Positions 30,095 to 41,036 of a stretch of DNA of 64,000 bases are shown piece after piece. This DNA is from Eledone cirrhosa (lineage: Eukaryota), in assembly GCA_964016885.1 (NCBI GenBank), contig OZ024753.1:26102001-26166000 (forward strand). Reading direction: 5' to 3'. Each line of letters opens with the position of its first letter. Position 1 is the first letter of the stretch. The position numbers and the translations under genes were made by a program. Under the pieces are notes generated by a model. That model worked only from the letters and a program-made list of their open reading frames with translations. It was not told the origin of the DNA and searched no databases.

Positions 30095-33000
30095 TTGGTA
30101 AATAAAAAGTATAAACAATTGAAATTTACCCTCAACGAAATCTTCCAGAGAGAAATTAAATCATGTATAAACATTTCTCTTGCTGAACGTAATAAAACAA
30201 TACTAAATAAACTAAAACTAAATAATGAAATATTACGTGTTATTGACGAAATAGGGGATGACTATATACAATGGATTAAAACCCCAACATTTTGGCAAAT
30301 TAACGCCTTTTTATATGCCCTAGCAACGACATTGAAGCATTATCTTGGTGATAGCAGAGATATTAGCAAGAACAAAACACCACCAAAATACCATCATATA
30401 TAACTAAAATAGAAAAAAAGATTTTTGACCTACGAAAAACCATAGGATATGTGACAATGCTCCTTACATGCAAACAAACATGGGATCAACAACACGTGCT
30501 ACAGGTCGCCATGCTACTAGACTTCCTAGCAGCCAGGTCGAACAGCGCCTTGAAACAACTATGCCTGTAAGAAACTTGACACCACCTGTACCATCTAAGT
30601 CAACCTCGAATGCTGGGGAAAACACTATCGATAATAATAATAATCGAAGAAATAATAATAATAATCGAAGAAATTTGACACCGCGTGTAACATCCGAGTC
30701 TACCTCGACTGTTGAGAAAAATACTATCGATAATGATAATGAAAAGTATAAACAATTGAAAATTTCCCTCAACGAAATCTTCCAGAGAGAAATTAATTCA
30801 TGTATAAATATTTCTCTTGCTGAACGTATTAAAACAATATTTAATAAAAGAAAAAACAAATAATGAAATATTACGTGTTATTGACGAAATAGGGGATGAA
30901 TATTTACGACGGATAAAAACCCCAACATTTGGGCAAATCAACGCCTGTTTATATGCCTTAGCAACGACAGTGAAGCATTATCTTGGTGATGGCAGAGATA
31001 TTAACAAGAAGAAAACACCACCAAAAATACCATCAGATATAACTAAATTAGAAAAAAATATTGCTGACCATAAGATATGTGGCAATCCTCCTTGCATGCA
31101 AACAAACAAAAAAAAAACCTCACTCCTCACCAACAAAGAGTGAAAAATAAAATAGAGACGATGTTTGGTAACAGTAGAACCAGAACTCTTCAATATAAGC
31201 TGATCACCCTCAAACAAGAATTGAGAGCTGTTACTGAAAAACGCCGATACCTGAAGAAGGTAGATGAGAGAAAAATGATTAATAAAAGATTCAGACGAAA
31301 CCAAACATCAATCTATAGAGATATGAAGGGCAAAATAATAAGTGTCACTGAGGCCCCATCCCAGAAAGACATAGATTCCTTTTGGAGAAAAATATGGGGT
31401 GAAAAGAAGAATTTCAACCAAGATGCAGTGTGGCTAAGAGAAATCCGAAAGAACTATTGCTCCTACACTACAACAAAAACATACGAAATAAGTGAGGGTA
31501 CCTTGAGATTGTGAGAGGAAAACTCCAAGATAACAAAACACCAGGAAGAGACATGATTGTCGGCTAGTGGTACAAAAAACTGATATTCTATCGGAGATAT
31601 CTTACTTACTTCTCCCAACAAGTTCTTAAGGGAGATAGACTTATACCAGAATGGTTGACATTAGCACAAACATTACTGGTCCACAAGAACAAAGACACCC
31701 ACTTGACAAAAGAAACTAACGACCCATTGCATGCCAGAACCTGATGTATAAGATGTGTACAGCCTGCCTGAACCTATTCCTCCAAGATCACTGAAAATAA
31801 TAACATCATCACAGATGAACAAGCAGCTGGAAAGAAAGGTGTGTGGGGATGTGCTGAACAACTCCTAACCAACAAAACTGCGATGTCGGAGGTGCGACAA
31901 CTTAGGAGGAATATGGCCACAGTCTGGCTGGACTACAGGAAAGTTTTCGATTCTGTTCCCCACTCTTGGATGATAGAGGCCCTCCAACGCTAAAGTCCCA
32001 GACATTATTGTCAGAGCTATAAAGAGGCTGTCTTCCTTCTTGGGCTATTATCCTATGGTTAAAGACAGAGAAGGAGGACTCTATTTTCACTGATAAAATA
32101 AAATATTGCAGGGGTATATTTCAGGGGGACAGTCTCTCTGATATTATTCATCTTGTCATTAAACCCCTTGTCCTTTCTGCTCAAGAAATGTGAGGGATAC
32201 ATCATTGGCTCACAGGAGGACAGAAATAGGAACCTAACCCATCATTTCTTTGTGGACGATCTGAAACTCTATGCCAAGAACATGGATGGGATGAAGAAAA
32301 ATCTTGACCTGGTTACAACGTTCTCAAAGGATATAGGAATGGAGTTTGGCCAAGATAAATACTCAGAAGTTTGTAAAGCGGGGAAAAACAACAACCCAAT
32401 CTAGCAACATTGTCATCAATGGCCTAACTGCTTCACCGATATCTGATGAGGACTGCTACAGATACCTGGGGATAGATGATAACATATCCTATAATGGTAT
32501 CTGTAATAAGGAACGCGTAACCAGGGAATACTACACCCGATTAAGAAAGATTTGGTCATCGGAACTCTCTACAGAAAACAAAACAGTGTCTCACAATGTG
32601 TTTGCTGTGCCTGTCCTAACACCAGCGTTTGGAATACTCAATTGGACGATAGACGAAATCCGAGCAGTTGATGTTGGAACTCGAAAAATACTGAACAACA
32701 CCGGAAACTTCCACATCAATAGTGACATAGACCGCCTTTACTTGAAACGTAAGAAGGGAGGCAGAGGCCTAACATCAGTCCAGTCAACATTTGAATGTCG
32801 CATCATATCCCTCCGACAACATCTACGAACCACGAAGCGTAGGAGCCCGCTTCTCGAGCAAGTCTATCTGCATGAAACAGATAAGATCATGAGAGTTGGG
32901 AAGGAACTCCTTGAGAGATATTCCCTCTTTGATAATCAAAAGCTCACACCCAGGGATGTCGTGCAGCAGTATCGCAGTGAATCCATGGATGAAAAACTGC

Positions 33001-34038
33001 ATGCCTATCAGCAAAAAATCATGCATGGATATGTTGCCAGGAAGCTCCAGAGTGAGAGTAATATAGATAAGGAAAGTAGTCTATCTTGGACCAACAACCG
33101 CTATATTGGCTCCCACTTTGAAGGATACGCTTTTGCAATCCAAGAACAGGAGATTAGCACGAAATACCTGATTCACAAAAGAGATAGAGATGCAGGCAAA
33201 ACACCTAGATGTGATAACAAGTGCAGACTCTGCAGAACTAACATCGAGGATATCACCCATGTCATCAGCAGCTGTCCAAAGATGTCATCGCGGTACTATC
33301 TACCTATGAGGCATGATGTAGTGGCCAAAACACTGTACAATGCAGTTCGTAAAAAAGATAGCCCCGATAATAAACACATTAAAAGCTACAACAATGTGAA
33401 AGACATCCATGTACATAATATGAAAGAGTACTGGTGGAATGTTCCAGTAAAAAAACCAATAAAATGCAGGCATAACAGACCAGATATTATGATATGGGAC
33501 AGGGAGAAGAAACATGCACAGCAGTGGAAATTAGCTGCCCAGCAGATGCCAATATAATATCAAAGATTAGTGAAAAGGAGAATATTTATGCATAACTGAT
33601 GAGAATCTGCAGATACTTCACCCTGATTACACCTTCAGATTTATGCCTGTGATTATTGGGACACTGGGATATGTTAGTAACTGCCTCAATACAAATCTTG
33701 AAAAGCTAGGCCGCACAGGAACAGAAAGAACACAACAAGTTAGGAAACTACAAGTACAATCCATTAATGGAACAGTAAAAATATGTAAAACATTCCAAAA
33801 GTTTGCATCTAATAACTGCATATACACATGTACAGATACAAAGCATATACACATGCACACATACACCTCAAAACATACACATCCACACATACAATAACAT
33901 CCACACATACACATGCAGACATACATACATATCTACCTAGTTGATGTTGTGTAAATTCCAATGAGAGTCTTGTGTCTATGTTAGAAACAGACTCTCTCTC
34001 TATTGGTAAAACTTTGTGAAATTATAAAACCAGAAGAA
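30095..34038 (+). mobile_element. Decayed R4/Dong-like non-LTR retrotransposon (RT + CCHC + restriction-like endonuclease)
   Basis: Motifs RGIFQGDSLS, THHFFVDDLKLYAKN, FSKDIGMEFG, YRYLGI, RLYLKRKKGGRGL, CRLC..EDITHVISSC, RHDVVAK, HNRPDIMIWD and PVIIGTLG. Many frameshifts; the 3' end joins (CATA)n. Confidence 0.85.
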
Positions 34039-34063
34039 CATACATACATACATACTTACATAC

Positions 34064-34094
<31 letters not shown>

Positions 34095-34128
34095 CATACA
34101 TACATACATACATACATACATACATACA

Positions 34129-34158
<30 letters not shown>
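34039..34158. repeat. (CATA)n microsatellite
   Basis: Direct reading; near-perfect array. Confidence 0.95.
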
Positions 34159-34160
<2 letters not shown>

Positions 34161-34959
34161 GTCACTGGCTTAACGGCAACGAAACCTGGAAAAGCTCTGA
34201 CGCGCTGAACATCTGGACTCGAAAGGACCAGACTTTCACACATATTCACATCATGTTGAATATTATATTGTTGAGTGGACGTCTTCAAGCATTTTACTAT
34301 TTTATCATGTTAACAGCAGAAATTCTTGTTAAAACTTAGCAAAACTTTGGCATTCTTTCAGTTTTACGGGCAATTTATTCATTAAAACAGAAAGAAACTG
34401 ATTCAATTTTAAAAATAAACAAACAAATTCGTGTATGGTTTCCTTACGAATGTATATAGTTTAGATGTTATCTGAAAACACAAACTATAACTGATTTTCT
34501 TTCTTATTCACATACACCCTCACGCACTCACTCACACACTCACACACTCACACACACATAAACACATACACGCATACTCTCTCTCTCTCTCCTTCTCTCT
34601 CTCTCTCCTTCTTTCTCTCCTTCTCTCTATCTCTCCTTCTCTCTCTCTCTCTCTCAAATAACTTGTATTTAGTACATATATATACAGAAAAAATAATATC
34701 TACATTGAAATACAAATTTATATACATACTCCTAAGTGTTAAAATTGCGCTATACTACCATAAACATCTGTTTTTGTGGGATCAACAATTACCTTATATA
34801 TATATCCACTTTTCTAAAAAAAAAAAATCATACACAAAACGCCAGCACCAACAGTTTTGCAAGAGATGTCAATATGAAAGGACCTGTTATTTTTATCTAA
34901 AGACAAATTTTCTAATTCCATCCTGCCCGTCCCCTCAATCTATCTTATTTCTCATTCTT

Positions 34960-34995
34960 TCTTCTGATGAAGGATTAGCGTCCGAAACGTTAAGA
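34960..34995 (+). ncRNA. Minimal type I hammerhead ribozyme motif (PLE type)
   Basis: tctt-CTGATGA-a-gga-ttagcg-tcc-GAAA-cg-T-T-aaga. Stem I tctt/aaga, stem II gga/tcc, loopless palindromic stem III ACGT. Confidence 0.75.
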
Positions 34996-35349
34996 CCCTC
35001 TTCCTGCTATATCAAGCGTTAACCTAATATATCCCTTTCATATACTGTGCCAATTGTGTTGTTATTTCTGTTTACCTTTTACATATATATGTGTGCGTGT
35101 TTATACATGTGTATATGTATGTTCATACACACACACTAACTCTCTAAAACCACACATTCTCTCTTTATCTCTTTCACGTCGTTTTTAAAGTCTTCAAAAC
35201 CTATTAAAATATTCTCGGTAACTCACTTGCTCATGCATACGTTTGTAGATATATACGTACATATATAGGCGAGTAGGCACATACATACATATATACGCGG
35301 GTAGGCACACACGTATATATAATCATACGTTTAAAAAATGTTTTTTTTT

Positions 35350-35595
35350 AAGTGAGAAAAGACTGTGCACTGAGCCAATCCCACTCTCTGGGTGACAACA
35401 GCTATAATCCGAAAAGAAGAAAAGATCAACATCATCGGTAACTACTGAGCCGCAGGTTTTATATCGGAGTTATCCCAGTTTCCTGAGTTGTCTTCTCCTA
35501 GAAGGATGCCTTGACAAAGGCTAGGGGTCCTTCACTCCCAGTGGTTTAACCGCACGATTGGGTATCCAGCCCGATTATTTCTATGTCCCCGTGCA
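35350..35595 (-). mobile_element. Solo copy of the RTE 5' UTR (family 2)
   Basis: The reverse complement aligns by eye with 18082-18326. Confidence 0.8.
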
Positions 35596-36144
35596 TACAC
35601 ATACATACTTACATACATACATACATTATTACGTATGAATATACATTCGTTCGTACATACGTACATATAAATGTACGTAAATATATATGAACGTACACGT
35701 ATACGCACGTAGGCACATACGTACGTACACATGTACGCACGTAGGCACATACGTACGTATACATATACGCACGTACAAACCTACATAGACTCCCAAACAT
35801 GCATATACACAGGTCTTATGTCTGTGCAATAGCAAGATATGATATGAATTTGTAATAAATATTGTAATGAATATAAATGAATACAAAATTCAAATTTGAG
35901 TCCAATAATGAAAATGATGAAGTTTCAAACAAGTTTTATATTTTAAACCTGAAGATTTCTGATAAATCAATGTCGTCATTGGTTCTGATATTCTGCCAAC
36001 AGAATTACTACATTGATGAGAATATGTTGACGTGACGAGGTGTACACTCCTACTGCTGAAGATAACAGCCAAATATCCCTTAACGAGTACCATTTTCTCT
36101 CAGAAATGGAAATTATGCATTTTGGTAATGGTTGTTCTAGGTAA

Positions 36145-36305
36145 AAAAGCAGCGAATTGATAGTGAGTTTAAAGCGAAGGATGGTAGGATTTGTGGTATT
36201 TGTTTCGAATCTCGACTCCCTAAGTTCAAATGCCTCCGAGGTTAACTTTCCCTTTCATCCATTCGAGCTCGATATAAATGTACCAGTCTAGTACTGGAGT
36301 CGATT
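36145..36305 (+). mobile_element. SINE (octopus-like family), diverged
   Basis: agttcaaatgcctccgaggttaactttccctttcatcc..gtaccagtctagtactggagtcgat, with a B-box-like gttcaaat. Confidence 0.6.
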
Positions 36306-36419
36306 CTTCCTCTATTGCTCATTTCCATTCTCTCACTCTCCACCATTCTCTAGAATAAATGTTCTGTATTCCGACCTGGAAGGAGATGGTTCACTCAAGT
36401 TTTAAAAATTATTTAGAAA

Positions 36420-37514
36420 CGACGAGCTCATATCTCCCTCAAAAGTTAAGGTCACATGTCATGCTATAGTATAGACAAGCTCATACCACCCCCTCAAGGG
36501 TTAAGGTGACATGTCATGTCTTAGAAACGACAAACTCATACCTCCCCTCAAGAGTTAAGGTCACGTGTCATGCTATAGTATAGATAAGCTCATACCTCCC
36601 CTCAAGAGTTAAGGTCACATGTCATTCTATAGTATAGACAAGCTCATACACCCCCCCCCCTCAAAGGTTAAGGTCACATGTCATGCTATAGTATAGACAA
36701 GCTCATACCCCCCCCCTCAAAGGTTAAGGTCACATGTCATGCTATAGTATAGACAAACTCATACCTCCCCTCGAGTTAAGGTCACATGTCATGCTATAGT
36801 ATAGACAAGCCCATACCTACCCTCGAGAGTTAAGGTCACATGTCATGCTATAGTATAGACAAACTCATACCTCCCCTCAAGAGTTAAGGTCACGTGTCAT
36901 GCTATAGTATAGACAAGCCCATACCTACCCTCGAGAGTTAAGGTCACATGTCATGCTATAGTATAGACAAGCTCATACGCCCCCCCCCCCCTCAAAGGTT
37001 AAGGTCACATGTCATGCTATAGTATAGACAAGCTCATACCCCCCCCCCCTCAAAGGTTAAGGTCACATGTCATGCTATAGTATAGACAAGCTCATACCTC
37101 CCTCGAGAGTTAAGGTCACATGTCATGCTATAGTATAGACAAACTCATACCCCCCCTCAAGAGTTAAGGTCACATGTCATGCTATAGTATAGACAAGCTC
37201 ATACGCCCCCCCCCCTCAAAGGTTAAGGTCACATGTCATGCTATAGTATAGACAAACTCATACCTCCCCTCGAGAGTTAAGGTCACATATCATGCTATAG
37301 TATAGACAAGCTCATACCTACCCTCGAGTTAAGGTCACATGTCATGCTATAGTATAGACAAGCTCATACCCCACTCAAGGGTTAGGTCACATGTCATGCT
37401 ATAGAATAGACAAGCCCATACCTCCCCTCGAGAGTTAAGGTCACATGTCATGCTATAGTATAGACAAGCCCATACCTCCCCTCGAGAGTTAAGGTCACAT
37501 GTCATGCTATAGTA
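36420..37514. repeat. Minisatellite, ~20 units of ~52-61 bp
   Basis: Unit gagttaaggtcacatgtcatgctatagtatagacaagctcatacctcccctc. Unit length varies through a poly-C tract. Confidence 0.95.
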
Positions 37515-37681
37515 TTCTGCCTGAAACGAAAGATTGGTTGATTACAAATGAAATATTCTTCATTAGAAAGCACGTTATACTAATTATCATTTCATCGACC
37601 TCAGAATAAGGAAGGGAAAATTAAACCTCAGCAAAATCTGAACACGCACGCACACACACGTATACATACATACATGTATAC

Positions 37682-38011
37682 ATGATGGCTGCCCCCCCGT
37701 TATCGAGTATGGCCATTGCATGATATAACATTATTAATAATTAATTAATTCTATCGCGCAATGTCAAGTGAGGAAAGACTGTGCACTGAGCCAATCCCAC
37801 TCTCTGAGCGACAGTAACTATAACCCGAAAAGAAGAAAAGATCAACATCATCGGTAACTACTGAGCCGCATGTTTTATATCAGAGTTATCCCAGTTTCCT
37901 GAGTTGACTTCTCCTAGAAGAATGCCCTGACAAAGGCTAGGGGTGCTTCAGTCCCAGTGGTTTAACCGCGCGATGGTTGTCCAGCCCGATTATTTCTATG
38001 CCCCCGCGCAT
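37682..38011 (-). mobile_element. Complete bipartite non-autonomous derivative of the RTE at 18082 (family 2)
   Basis: The RTE 5' UTR is joined by a short AT linker to the RTE 3' terminus (tgcaatggccatactcgataacggggggcagccatcat). Confidence 0.85.
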
Positions 38012-38079
38012 TTACATACGTATGAACACCCATATGCACATACATACATATATACACATGTACATACATATTTACACAT

Positions 38080-38216
38080 TTTTGGATGGCCGTTGACTCT
38101 TATGAATGGTTTTCCGGTGTGTAAATTTGGTGGGGTTGCCAGTTTAGTCACCGACGACCCGACCATGCGAACGTTGTACTGAGTTACATGTTACCAGTAG
38201 CACTCAAGAGTGACCC

Positions 38217-38220
<4 letters not shown>
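38080..38220 (-). mobile_element. 5' end fragment of the family 1 RTE-derived element
   Basis: tggtggggttgccagtttagtc..cgacccgaccatg and ttggatggcc.ttgactctta match 22315-22453. Confidence 0.6.
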
Positions 38221-38255
<35 letters not shown>

Positions 38256-38889
38256 CGTAAAATAAGAAAATTAAAAAAATTTTTTTTTTTTTTAAATTAA
38301 CTTACTTACTTAAATTTTCACTCCAACTAATTAGTTTCTGCAATGGGATAAAGACAGTTACGTAATGAACTGTTGAGCGTAACTGTCTTTATCCCATTGC
38401 AGAAACTAATTAGTTGGAGTGAAAATTTAAGTAAGTTAATTTTTTAGAAAAATTTTTTTTTTTAATTTTCTTATTTTACGTCTTTTATATTATTGTTCTG
38501 CATCCTCCTGCATTGAACCACCTAGGTACTATGACATAACCTGTGTATTAGCTGGCATTAGCGTACATATGTGCGCTTATGTTAGTAGATATATTAAATT
38601 ATCTATATTTATCTCCAAATCACTGATTTGTCGAGCAAACCTGCCAAAACCACTTCTAAATTTTTTTGGGGTGTTAGTAGGCGTCTGTCATCTTAGCATC
38701 CCATTCCTACTGACTAGCCTCTGTGTCACGTGATTGATTCTTTAGAATCGGCCATATGACCAGTGGCAGTGAGAATTTTCAGTGCCTGGAATCCAGTCCT
38801 CGATAGCTGTTCCATTTACCGAATTATTATTATTTTTATATGAGTCCCCAGTGTCCGCGCATTGCCTGGAGACTTGGCTGAGAATAGAT

Positions 38890-38969
38890 CTCCCTGATGA
38901 CGCAATGAAATTCTCAACAGTTCATTACGTAACTGTCTTTATCCCATTGCAGAAACTAATTAGTTGGAG
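38890..38969 (+). ncRNA. Type I hammerhead ribozyme motif
   Basis: ctcc-CTGATGA-c-gcaatg..cattgc-a-GAAA-ctaattag-T-T-ggag, with palindromic stem III. Confidence 0.72.
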
Positions 38970-39438
38970 TGAAAATTTAAGTAAGTTAATTTTTTTTTAA
39001 AAATTTTTTTTTAATTTTCTTATTTTACGTCTTTTATATTATTGTTCTGCATCCTCCTGCATTGAACCACCTAGGTACTATGACATAACCTGTGTATTTG
39101 CTGGCATTAGCGTACATCTGTGCGCTTATGTTAGTAGATATATTAAATTATCTATATTTATCTCCAAATCACTGATTTGTCGAGCAAACCTGCCAAAACC
39201 ACTTCTAAATTTTTTGGGGGTGTTAGTAGGCGTCTGTCATCTTACCATCCCATTCCTACTGACTAGCCTCTGTGTCACGTGATTGATTCTTTAGAATCGG
39301 CTATATGACCAGTGGCAGTGAGAATTTTCAGTGCCTGGAATCCAGTCCTCGATAGCTGTTCCATTTACCGAATTATTATTATTTTTATATGAGTCCCCAG
39401 TGTCCGCGCATTGCCTGGAGACTTGGCTGAGAATAGAT

Positions 39439-39518
39439 CTCCCTGATGACGCAATGAAATTCTCAACAGTTCATTACGTAACTGTCTTTATCCCATTGCA
39501 GAAACTAATTAGTTGGAG
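39439..39518 (+). ncRNA. Type I hammerhead ribozyme motif (second tandem copy)
   Basis: Identical to 38890-38969, 549 nt downstream. Confidence 0.72.
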
Positions 39519-39807
39519 TGAAAATTTAAGTAAGTTAATTCTTTTTTTAAAAAATTTTTTTTTTATTTTCTTATTTTACGTCTTTTATATTATTGTTCTG
39601 CATCCTCCTGCATTGAACCACCTAGGTACTATGACATAACCTGTGTATTTGCTGGCATTAGCGTACATCTGTGCGCTTATGTTTGTAGATATATTAAATT
39701 ATATATATATGTATGTGTGTGTGTATAACAAAGAAAGTGTGGTAAGATACGAGGTGGACCACAACGCACCAGAGTACTCAATACTTAGGGTAGTAGAGGG
39801 AGTAATA

Positions 39808-40349
39808 GAAAAATAGTCAGGACCCGACGGCTGAGCTCCGGCCGTTTCGACATATAGATCCGAACTAAGCCACCAGTATTAGAACGGCGGGGACCTAGCC
39901 GAACTTATCAAGGGGTACAGTCCATATATGGGAATGCAGTCAAAACAAAATAAGCGAAAAAATCTAAGCAAGAAATCCTAAAAGTTTGTTGTTTTACTTG
40001 TCTGTCACGAGGAGTGGTCAGTGGTTAAATATATTTATAGCACCTTAGGTCAGTCCCCTTTGTTTTTCAGGCTTGTTAAGCAACCCTCCCCCGCCGCTAT
40101 GAAACAACTTAACCATGTACATCACATCCCAGACCACTGACCACACTCCCGTGACAGACAAGGAAAACAACAAATTTTAGGATTTCTTGCTTAGATTATT
40201 TCGTTTATTTTGCATTGACTGCATGTCCATATATGGACTGTACTCCTTGTAAGTTCAGCTAGATTCCTGCCGTTCTAATACTGGTGGCTTAGTTCGGATA
40301 TAGCTGTCGAAACGGTCGGAGCTGGCTCAGCCGTCGGTGCCCTGACTCT

Positions 40350-40353
<4 letters not shown>
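39808..40353. repeat. Imperfect ~220-bp inverted repeat (foldback element)
   Basis: 39808-40025 is complementary to 40132-40353, with scattered mismatches and a ~105-bp spacer. Confidence 0.85.
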
Positions 40354-40383
<30 letters not shown>

Positions 40384-40392
<9 letters not shown>

Positions 40393-40869
40393 TAAACGGA
40401 ATAGAAAATGCTGACAAATTGTTCACAGTTGAAAAATGGTTTAATTAGGAATAAAAGAGTATTAGTGATTGTATGGGTTAGTATTCAGTTGTGGTTTTAA
40501 GTTTTTAAGTTTTTACCGGTTGCGCATTTCTAAATGCTTTTCAAAAATAATTTTGAGATAGAGTGTCCGTGCTGTTTGCTCTGATCTGATTAGTTTTGGG
40601 AATTCTACCTGTTTTTATGTTAAAAAAGTGGCTCCAACGTTATTTTTGTGTTGCAAAAATGCTTGTGGTCAAAACAATTTTGATTGGTCGGTAGAGGTCA
40701 TGTGAATGTAAAAAGTTGATTTTGCGCCAAGACTGTTTTTATGTTAAAATGTTAAAAAAGTGGCTCCAGCAAAAATTATTGGTCAAAACAATTTTGATTG
40801 GTCGGTAGAGGTCATGTGGATAAAAAATTGGTTTTGCGCCAAGATTGAGAAATGACTCTTTCACAACAA

Positions 40870-40908
<39 letters not shown>

Positions 40909-40984
40909 GTAGTAGTAGTAGTAGTAAGGTGTTCGATGCTGCGACAATGGCCAGCAGCGATGTGTGTCAAATGGCTATTAAGAT

Positions 40985-41036
<52 letters not shown>

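Larger units (their letters stand above)
38246..39703 (+). mobile_element. Non-coding ~549-bp tandem repeat (~2.4 units) with hammerheads and an inverted 5' arm; retrozyme or PLE pseudo-LTR-like
   Basis: Period 549-551 bp. 38246-38377 is an inverted copy of part of the unit. Flanked by (TA)n. Confidence 0.8.

Noticed and set aside
34160-36110. Short unique segments as host-gene exons (ORFs 34064..34288, 35890..36093; also 28380-28610)
   Set aside because: No recognisable protein motifs or clear splice-bounded open frames. Small exons cannot be excluded without RNA-seq.
36420-37514. CRISPR-like regular repeat
   Set aside because: No unique spacers, only poly-C length variation; no cas genes; eukaryotic context.
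38782-39639. Repeated 72/102-aa ORFs in the 549-bp unit
   Set aside because: GTG starts, no recognisable motif, overlap with the ribozyme, and the frame is not evidently kept in the 45152 relative.
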